Shown here: positions 50,573 to 58,595 of the stretch, in pieces
How positions within the stretch are numbered: the stretch's first letter is position 1
Layout: each line of letters begins with the position of its first letter
Translations under genes and position numbers: made by a program
Assembly (NCBI GenBank): GCA_963703225.1
Contig: OY969801.1
Coordinates: 2,112,001 to 2,176,000, forward strand
Reading direction: 5' to 3'
From: Candidatus Eiseniibacteriota bacterium
Lineage (GTDB): Bacteria; Eisenbacteria; RBG-16-71-46; SZUA-252
Length of the DNA: 64,000 nucleotides
Notes under the pieces: generated by a model
The model's database searches: none
What the model saw: the letters and a program-made list of their open reading frames with translations, nothing else
What the model was told of the DNA's origin: nothing

Positions 50573-51849
50573 GCGCGGCTCCTGCGTCGGCTTCCGGTAT
50601 GGGCTTCGTCCAGGAGGCGGAGCTTGGGGTGATTGAGCAAATGGCCGAGCCGCGCGCGCTTGGTCTCGAGGTAGCGCCGGTTGATCGCGTTGGGGTGGAT
50701 TTCGAGCGGCTCCCGCGACACGACGTCGATTCCGTAGTCGACCAGCGCGGCGATCTTTTTCGGGTTGTTGGTCAGGAGGCGGATCCGTCCAAAGCCGAGG
50801 TCGCTCAAAATTTGGGCCGCCACGCCATAATCCCTGAGGTCGGGCGCGAAGCCGAGCTTGAGATTGGCGTCCACCGTGTCGAGCCCGAGGTCTTGAAGCT
50901 CGTACGCGCGGAGCTTGTTCGCGAGCCCGATGCCTCTTCCCTCCTGGCGCAGATAGAGGAATACCCCCGAACCCTCCTGGTCGATCCGCGCGAGCGCGGA
51001 GGCCATCTGCTCGCCGCAGTCGCACCGGAGGGAGCCGAAGACGTCGCCGGTCAGGCACTGTGAATGGACCCGGGCCAAAGGCGGCGCTTGCCTCGACGGC
51101 TTGCCCTTGACCAGCGCGACGTGGTGGTGGCCGTCGATCTGACTTTCGTAGACGGCGATCTTGAAGTCCCCATAACGGGTCGGAAGGCGCGAGGCCGCGA
51201 TGCGCTTGACGAGCCGCTCCTTCCGATACCGGTACCGCACGAGATCGCGGATGGTGATGAGGGGGAGGCCGTGTCTCTTGGCCAGTCGATTCAGCGCGGG
51301 GCCGCGCGCCATGGTCCCGTCCGGGGAGAGGATCTCGCAAAGGACGGCCGCGTGGCCCAGGCCGGCGAGTCGGACGAGATCGAGCGCCGCTTCGGTGTGG
51401 CCCGCGCGGCGGAGCACACCCTGATCATCCGCGCGCAACGGAAAGACGTGGCCCGGCCGGGCCAGCTGCTCGGGCCGCGTCTTGGACGACGCGAGGGCGC
51501 GGATGGTGAGGGCGCGATCCTGCGCGGAAGAGCCGGTGGTCGTTCCCCGCAACAGGTCGACCGAGACGGTGAACGGCGTCGCGTAGCGGGCCGTATTGAG
51601 CGGCGCCATCAGCGCCAGGCCCAGCTCGTCCAGCCGCGCCCCCGGCATGGAGACGCAGAGAAGCCCGCGCGCCTCGCGGGTGATGAAGTTGACGTCCTCG
51701 GCGGTGGTCTTGGCGGCCGCCATCACGAAGTCTCCTTCATTCTCGCGATCCTCGTCGTCGACGACCACGATCATCGATCCCGCGCGGAGCGCCGCGAGCG
51801 CGGCCTCGATCTCGGCGCTCGGCTGGGGCCGGATCTGTTTCTTGTTCAC
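50569..51849 (-). CDS. ribBA: Bifunctional DHBP synthase / GTP cyclohydrolase II
   Basis: DDEDRENEGD, RAGHTEA, HSQCLTGD...RCDC, QEGRGIGL, LTNNP. Confidence 0.97.
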   Translation of the reverse strand: MNKKQIRPQPSAEIEAALAALRAGSMIVVVDDEDRENEGDFVMAAAKTTAEDVNFITREARGLLCVSMPGARLDELGLALMAPLNTARYATPFTVSVDLLRGTTTGSSAQDRALTIRALASSKTRPEQLARPGHVFPLRADDQGVLRRAGHTEAALDLVRLAGLGHAAVLCEILSPDGTMARGPALNRLAKRHGLPLITIRDLVRYRYRKERLVKRIAASRLPTRYGDFKIAVYESQIDGHHHVALVKGKPSRQAPPLARVHSQCLTGDVFGSLRCDCGEQMASALARIDQEGSGVFLYLRQEGRGIGLANKLRAYELQDLGLDTVDANLKLGFAPDLRDYGVAAQILSDLGFGRIRLLTNNPKKIAALVDYGIDVVSREPLEIHPNAINRRYLETKRARLGHLLNHPKLRLLDEAHTGSRRRSRA

Positions 51850-52484
51850 GCGATCCTCCCCTCGACCGATCCCAAACCCGCGGCCTGGCCCCGCTCTCCC
51901 CGGGCATCCAGGAGGCGTTCGAGGTAGCGGGCGACGATATCAATTTCAAGATTCACACGGCCGCCGGTCCTGTATTCCGAGGCGATCGTGTGGGAGAGCG
52001 TGTACGGCACCAGCGCGACCACCGCGACCGGATCGCTCCAGGCCGCGACGGTCAGGCTGATCCCGTCGACACAAAGAGAGCCCTTCTCGGCGACGTAGCG
52101 CTGGAGCGCGGCCGGAATCTCGATCTCGACGCGCACGTCGCCCGAGTCGGCCCTGACCGAGCGGATCGAGGCGACGGCGTCCGTGTGCCCTTGGACCCAG
52201 TGCCCGCCAAGCGGATCGCCTGCTTTGATCGCCCGCTCCAGATTCACCCGCGCCCCGGGCCGAAGGGTCCCCAAGGTCGTCCTTCGGAGCGTCTCCTCGA
52301 CCGCGACCGCTTCGAAAAGTCCTCCGGAATCGCGCTCGACGGTAAGGCAGACGCCGCTCACGGAGACGCTCGCGCCGGCCGACAGCTCCCGGTCGAAACC
52401 GGAGCGAATGGCCAAGCGGACACCCTCGCCCTCTTTCGACGCGCGCTCGACGATTCCGATCCGCTCGACGATGCCGCTAAACAT
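51846..52484 (-). CDS. ribE: Riboflavin synthase
   Basis: MFSGIVE, GVCLTV, VNLERA, GGHWVQGH, DGISLT. Confidence 0.96.
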   Translation of the reverse strand: MFSGIVERIGIVERASKEGEGVRLAIRSGFDRELSAGASVSVSGVCLTVERDSGGLFEAVAVEETLRRTTLGTLRPGARVNLERAIKAGDPLGGHWVQGHTDAVASIRSVRADSGDVRVEIEIPAALQRYVAEKGSLCVDGISLTVAAWSDPVAVVALVPYTLSHTIASEYRTGGRVNLEIDIVARYLERLLDARGERGQAAGLGSVEGRIA

Positions 52485-53601
52485 CGAAAGGTCCTTCCCG
52501 GAGGATGTTCCCTTCGATCCAGAGGTCGCGCCCCAACCGCCGGACTTGGAGCCGTCCGATCGGAATTCCCTGCGCGAGGTGCGTCCGTCCCAGATCGCCG
52601 GCGAGCGAGACGGAATCGCTTCCTCCCAGGATGAGCGGTGCTACGCCGATCGCGACGCGGTCCGCCAGACCTTCGCGGAGGAAGGAGGTATGCACCGCGG
52701 CGCCTCCTTCCACCAGGACCGCGTAGCGGCCCTCGCTGGCGAGCCTGCGCAAGAGCGCCTCCAGCGGGACGCGCCGATCTCGGTCGGGCTCAAAGCTCCA
52801 GACCGAGGCGCCGCGCTCCTCGAGCTTCCGGATCCGCTCCGTGTCCCACGAGGTTGTCGCGACCACGACGGGAGAGGTCGCGGTCGACCCGAGAAGCCGC
52901 GAGGTCGTCGGCATGCGGAGCGTGGAGTCGAGAACCACCCGAAGCGGCGTGGGCCCCTTCGCGAGGCGGACCGTCAGGAGCGGATCGTCCGCGAGCACCG
53001 TCCCGATGCCCACGAGCACGGCGTCGGACTCCGCGCGGAGGCGGTGGACCAGGCGCTGCTCCGCGTCGCCCCCCAGGCCGCGCGACTCCCCGCTTTCGCT
53101 GGCCATCCGGCCGTCGAGGGAAAGCATGGCCTTCAGCGTCACCCAGGGAAGGCCGGTTTGAAGCTGCTTCAAGTAGGGCGGGTTGAGTGAGCGGCACTCG
53201 GATTCCAGGAGCCCAATCTCCACCTCCATGCCTTCCAAGACGAGCCGATCGATTCCGCGTCCGTCGACAAGCGGGTTCGGGTCGCGCATCCCGATCACCA
53301 CGCGCCGGATTCCAGCCCTCACGATCGCGTCCACACATGGGGGCGTGCGGCCAAAGTGGGCACATGGCTCCAACGTGACGACGAGGGTGGCTCCCTTCGC
53401 GAGATCACCCGCCTGCTCGATGGCCCGCGCCTCGGCGTGCGCGCTGCCGCATCGGAGGTGAAAGCCGGTGGCGACCGGGTCCCCTCCTCGAAGGATCACC
53501 GCGCCGACCCTGGGATTGGGATGGGTCGATCCAATACCGCGCCGGGCCAGGCGGATCGCCTGGCGCATGGCGCGCTCCTCGGCCGCGGTCGTCCCTTCCA
53601 C
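52477..53601 (-). CDS. ribD: Riboflavin deaminase/reductase RibD
   Basis: PNPRVGA, HAE, TLEPC...TPPC, SLDG, VEGG. Confidence 0.96.
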   Translation of the reverse strand: MEGTTAAEERAMRQAIRLARRGIGSTHPNPRVGAVILRGGDPVATGFHLRCGSAHAEARAIEQAGDLAKGATLVVTLEPCAHFGRTPPCVDAIVRAGIRRVVIGMRDPNPLVDGRGIDRLVLEGMEVEIGLLESECRSLNPPYLKQLQTGLPWVTLKAMLSLDGRMASESGESRGLGGDAEQRLVHRLRAESDAVLVGIGTVLADDPLLTVRLAKGPTPLRVVLDSTLRMPTTSRLLGSTATSPVVVATTSWDTERIRKLEERGASVWSFEPDRDRRVPLEALLRRLASEGRYAVLVEGGAAVHTSFLREGLADRVAIGVAPLILGGSDSVSLAGDLGRTHLAQGIPIGRLQVRRLGRDLWIEGNILREGPFDV

Positions 53602-53652
53602 CTTGGACTCCCTGCGGCCGCCCGAGATACTCGATTCGGTTCGAAGGCTCAC

Positions 53653-53685
53653 AATAAAAATCCCCGCAGGCAGACACCCGCGGGG
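53653..53685 (-). terminator. Intrinsic terminator, expression platform of the FMN riboswitch
   Basis: CCCCGCGGG-tgtctg-CCTGCGGGG followed by ATTTTTATT on the minus strand. Confidence 0.75.
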
Positions 53686-53726
53686 CGAGCCCGGCCATGG
53701 GCCGGACATACCCGTGCTGTGCGACG

Positions 53727-53852
53727 ATCCTTCTCCCATCCAGACTGTAACTGTCGGCTCCGGAATCTCACCGGGATCTGCCCTGGAGAATTATCTCCAA
53801 GGCTCGCGGGCTTTACCGCCGGTGGGGACTTTCACCCCGCCCCGAAGGATGT
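53727..53852 (-). ncRNA. FMN riboswitch (RFN element)
   Basis: ATCCTTCGGGGCGGGGTGAAAGTCCCCACCGGCGGT...AGCCCGCGA...GATCCCGGTGAGATTCCGGAGCCGACAGT..AGTCTGGATGGGAGAAGGAT upstream of ribD. Confidence 0.97.
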
Positions 53853-53888
53853 CTGCGACTGGGAGAGAGGATACCCCTGCGGAGAGCC

Positions 53889-56713
53889 CTAGCGCAAGAG
53901 GATGACCTTACGAGCTTCCGCCGGGGAACCGTTCGCAAGGAGGCTCAAGAAGTAGGTTCCGCTGCCCACGGGGTGCCCCCGGTCGTCCTCGCCGTTCCAG
54001 ACGAGGCGGTACTCCCCCGCGGGGAAGAATCGGTCGGCCAGGGTCCGGACGAGGATCCCGCTCACCCCGTAGATCCGAAGCTGTGACTCGAGAGCCCCGA
54101 TCCAGCGCGAAGCGGATGGTCGTGTGCGGATTGAACGGATTTGGCGCGGCCGGGTAGAGGCGCGCCGAGCCCTCCCCCGAAACCAAGGGCGAGACCGGGA
54201 CCCCCGTGGCCGGGTAGCAGCTCAAGTTCTCGAACTCCTCCACGAGCGTGCGGTAGAGGAACAGGTTTCGCCGGGTCGCGCTCGTCATGTAGTCGAGCGA
54301 GAAGCCGAGGAGCATGGCCCTGAGGCTGTCACCGCCCGCCGCGCCCAGAGCGCCGCGCCGCTCGGTGGCCGCGGGGAGGGTGTTCGGATACCGGAGCCAA
54401 GCGCGGCCGTTGGTGCCCGCGCACGAAGAGACAAAGAGCCCGTCGAACCGGTTGATACCCGGGCAGTCCCCATTCACCGGAAAGATCTCGGACACGACCC
54501 GGGTCCCTGGCTCGCCCGCGAGGTTCGGGGTGAGCGAGTCCTGTGGCGCGGATTCCCAGACGTCATTGAGGAAGGTCGCCCCGATCGTGCACGAGAGAAA
54601 GTTGGGGATGCCCTGGTCGTTGACGGTCAGATCGTAGGCGAGATTGTCGCCCGCCAGGATCAGCCCGCGATTCTTCCCAGTCAGCCCGAGCCAGCTCGTC
54701 AGGAGCGACTGGTCCTGCGGCGCTCAGCGTCAGCGCCGCCCGATCGCCCGTGTCCCAGAGGATCGCCTTGTAGACCCCCAGCGTGGCGAGCGGTACGGCG
54801 GGCCAGGCGTGCGCCGGATCGGCCGGATTGCCGCCCCCCGGCGTGTTCCCGCCCCCCGACGTCGCGTCGTTGACGTCAAACCGATCGAACCGCGCGCCGA
54901 GCGCCGTCAGGCTCTGGGCGATTCCGGTCTGCGCGTCGGGCCCTGCGGTCGCGTTCACGTAGAGGATTCGCGCGGTGTCGTCCGGGCAGAGGCCCGAGCC
55001 GGTCTGGATCGCCGGGAGAACCGTCGCGCGGTAGTAGTGACTCGCCGCTACCGCGTCGACCGGAAGGGTCACCGTCGCGTTGAGCGAGTCGGTCGCGCTG
55101 AAGTAGTAGCGCAGCTCGGTTCCGCGCGCGTAGCTCCCCGCGGCCACGTCCCCGAAGTACACGCTCGGCGCAGCTGGGCCCGCCTTGGTGAGGGCGACGG
55201 TGTTGAACGCCGCCCCGTTCAGGCTGTAGAGCAGCGAGGCGCTCTTCAGGCCCCGGGCGGCTCCCACGCTCACCGCGACGCTGTCTCCATGCGGGGTGTT
55301 GAAATTGTCGTTTCCAAAGAACGGGGTGGTGCGGAAGGTGTCGTTGTAGAGATTTCCCTCCGTCACGGTGATCGCCGGTCCCGCCGATCCGATCACGCCC
55401 ACCTTGAGATTGTCGAGGAAGATGGTCGTGCCGATGGTCGTCTGGCTCCCCGAGCAGAGGATCGGCCCGTAATCCTTGACGGTGATCCGAAATTGGACGG
55501 AGTCGACGCCGGCGGCCCCAGCCAGCGCGATGGTCTGGCGGAGCCACTCTTGCTCCACGCCGTAGTAGAGAAGGCCCGTCGGATCGATCCAGCCCGACCA
55601 GGAGGGCGCGCCGACGTTCCGGGTGCGGAACGAGACCGCGTAGTAGAAGCAGGAGAAGAAGGAAAGCTCGCGGTAGACGTCGAAGAAGAGGAAGACCTGA
55701 TCGGCTCGATTGGTCGCGACCGGCGGGCTGATCAGCTTGTTGTCGAGCCGAGGAACCAAGGCCTCGGTCACGTTGTTCGCCACCTGCCACACCTTGGTCG
55801 TGTTGGTCGTGCAGACCTGCTGCGTCACGGGATTGGCGACGATCTTCCAGTAGTCCCCGACGGCCGGGAACGTCGAGCGCGTCCAGGTCCCGAGTCCCGC
55901 CTCCATGTCATCGAAGAAACGAACGTCGAAAACGCCGCCCTTCACGGTCACATCGTCGATCGACCAGCCTTCACCCGCGGGATAGAGCCCGTCCTCCGAC
56001 GATCCGCTGTTGTCGCTGGAGAACCGAAACCGGAAGTGGACCGGATTTGACTCCGCGACGACCGAATCGGGGATCGTGATGGTGGCGGTGTTGCAGAGGG
56101 TCCCGCCCCCGTCGTTCACCACGCCGGTGTACGACGCCAGCGGGATCCACCCTTCGCTCAGGCTCAACACCTCCACAAATCCCCGGTCGGATCCGTTCTG
56201 GACGTTCATCCGGTGTTTGAACGAGAGCGTGTAGGGCGAAGCCGCTCCCGCCAGGTCCGCAAAGTTCTCCAGCGACTGCTCCCAGTTGTTGGCGTAGCCC
56301 CTTCGATTGGGGTCGCCGGTCCACGAGGAATCGACGATGCCGCACCAGAAGGCATGGCTCCCGCAGGCGTAGAGGTTTGAAATGTTCCAACCGGTCGGCT
56401 GGGCCGAGTCGTCGACATGGGTCCAGCCACCCTCGTTCGAGGGGCTCGACAGGGCTTCGAGGTCGTTGTTGAAGACGATGATCGTGTCGGCGGTCGACAG
56501 CGAGGGGGCGTGCCGCCCCGAGAGTGCCGGGAGCGACGCCGTCGGCACGACGTTGCCCGGTCCCCGGCCCGGCAAGGCGGTGCCCTCCAGCCGGCCGTTT
56601 GACGCGGGGGGCTCCCAATGCGTCGCGGCGGAGGCCATCGGCGCGGCCGGGGTAGCGAGGGGCAGGAGCAAGGTGAGGGCCGCGGCCCAGAGGCCGGCCG
56701 GGTGTCGCGTCAC
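53889..56713 (-). CDS. Large secreted beta-sandwich protein with FlgD-Ig/CTD C-terminus; frameshifts at ~54718 and ~54085
   Basis: Signal peptide; two FDD.E...W...FRF...IDD/LDN repeats; PNPFNP...WNGEDD.G..VGSGTYF...RKVILLR*. Confidence 0.8.
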
Positions 56714-56718
56714 GAATA

Positions 56719-57800
56719 CTATTTTACCAGAGGTACTTGTGCAGGTTCCCCTGAAACTATCGGCATCGCCCCCATCGAGCGCGCGAGGCCTCGCAGGGCG
56801 CGCAAGCTCTCCCAGCCGGTCGCGAATGATTGGGGCTCGAACCGACCCCCATCCCTCGTGGGGAGCCCCAGTTCGGTGGCCACGGCGGCCGCCTTCCAGA
56901 GGTAGTGGCGCCTACCGACGTCAGGGAAATCGCCCGCGGCGGGGATCGAGGGCGTGACGGGAGAAGAGCTCGCGCCCGCTCCGCCTGCGGCCGCCGAGCG
57001 CGCGCTGTCCGCGCTCGCGAAGACCACGGAGTGCGAGTGAACTTGGGCGATCAGGAGCGCCAGCGCGCCCCGGGTAACCGGATCGTCGAGGTGGAGACTC
57101 CCATCCGCGAGGGGGGATGTCCAGCCACGGGCCACCGAGACGCGGAGCCAACGGGAGCCCCACGCCGAATCGATCGCGGGCCAGTCGGTCCGATAGGCCT
57201 GGTCGGCGCGCCAGATCGCCCGATCAGGGTCGAGCCCCAGCTCCACCGCGAGCATGACCCCCAGCTCTCCGCGCGAGACCGTCGATCGCTCCGGAATCGA
57301 CGCGTACTCGGGCGGAATCCCCGCCGCACGATACCGGTCCTCGAGAAGGGGGCGGATAGCGTCCAGCGCCCCCGCATGAGTGGGATCAAGCGTCAGCGCC
57401 CTCGAGAGCGCCTGGAACGCCTGATCCTTGGAGCCAGCCTTGAGGTAAGCCATCCCGAGCCAGTAGTGCGGCTCCGGGCTCTTGGGATCGAGCTCGGACG
57501 CCCGCTCGAACTCGGTCTTGGCGTCCTTGTACCGATAGACCGCCGTGTAATACCGTCCGTATCCGGTGCGCACGCTCGCGCTCTGGGGCGCGAGCTCCGC
57601 CGCGCGGGCGAGGGCGCGTCGCGCCAGCTCGGGCTCCCCGGCTGCGATCGCCGAGTCGGCGAGAGAGACGAGCGCGTCGGGGCCAGCCGTCGGATCGATC
57701 GAGGCCTTCGCCGACCCCGAGCCGCCGCCCGACCCCGCACATCCACCCCCCGCGAGCGCCAGGGCCAACGCGAGCGCCGCGATTCCGGGTACGCGCCGAA
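56719..57800 (-). CDS. TPR + SLH-like domain (lipo)protein; start codon uncertain
   Basis: Hydrophobic signal ending GGGC; TPRs; SLH-like VSRGEL, VTRGAL, FPDV...HYLW, FEP. Confidence 0.7.
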
Positions 57801-57803
57801 TTC

Positions 57804-58490
57804 CTATCGGAGCAGCCTCCTCTCCTTGAAGCTCGCGTACGAGTCGCGCGCCACCACCACGTGGTCCAAAAGCTCGATCCCCAAGAGGCGGCCGGCCTCC
57901 TGGATCCTTCGCGTGATGGCCAGGTCCTCCTCGCTCGGCGTCGGATCGCCGGAGGGGTGATTGTGGGCCAGGATCAGGCTCGCGGCCGACACGGCGATGG
58001 CGGGCACGAACACCTCCCGCGGGTGGACGATGCTGGCGTTCAGGCTTCCGATCGAGATGATCTCGCGGCGAAGCACCATGCTTCTCGAATTCAGATAGAA
58101 CCCCACGAAGTGCTCCCGGTTTGAGCCCCGGATGTCCTGCGTCCATTCGTAGACATTCTCCGGCCCCCGGATGAGCGGGACGGGATCCCCCTCCGGCCAG
58201 AGCCTGCGGCCGATCTCGGCGGCGGCCAGGAGCTGCGCCGCCCGCGCCGGGCCCATCCCCTTGATCGCAAGCAGCTCGTCCACGGCGACGTGGCGAAGGC
58301 GACGGAGATTTACCGAGCGAGCGACGCGCGAGGCGGTCTCGAGCACGCCCTCTCCTCCGGTGCCGCTTCCAAAGAGCACGGCGATGAGATCGGCGTCGCC
58401 GAGGGCGCCTGGTCCGAGCTCCAACAAGCGCTCGCGCGGCCGCTCCGCTTCTTCGATGTCGCGAATCGTAATGCCATGTTCCCGCTGCAT
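57804..58490 (-). CDS. radC: RadC/JAB-domain protein
   Basis: ERPRERL, IKGMGPA, EHF, HPREVF, HNHPSGDPTPSEED, LLDHVV. Confidence 0.95.
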   Translation of the reverse strand: MQREHGITIRDIEEAERPRERLLELGPGALGDADLIAVLFGSGTGGEGVLETASRVARSVNLRRLRHVAVDELLAIKGMGPARAAQLLAAAEIGRRLWPEGDPVPLIRGPENVYEWTQDIRGSNREHFVGFYLNSRSMVLRREIISIGSLNASIVHPREVFVPAIAVSAASLILAHNHPSGDPTPSEEDLAITRRIQEAGRLLGIELLDHVVVARDSYASFKERRLLR

Positions 58491-58595
58491 GCCCGAGATC
58501 CTCCCGGGAGCGGGACCGCTGGGAGGCGAAGCGCGAGGAGCCCCGATGCTACGCGCGGGGTCGCCATGCCGCAAGCGCGATCCGACACGGCGGGC

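Noticed and set aside
50012..51340. 442-aa extended RibH
   Set aside because: The upstream part is off-frame ribBA; the real start is most likely GTG 50572 overlapping the ribBA stop
56757..56790. Third GCCGATAG motif upstream of the FlgD gene
   Set aside because: Inside a coding region and lacks the -35 AAG element at the right spacing; a better extended -10 sits at 56721-56729
57804..58490. radC as marker of a mobile element or anti-defence island
   Set aside because: Full-length housekeeping-type RadC with N-terminal HhH; no integrase, att sites or compositional shift nearby
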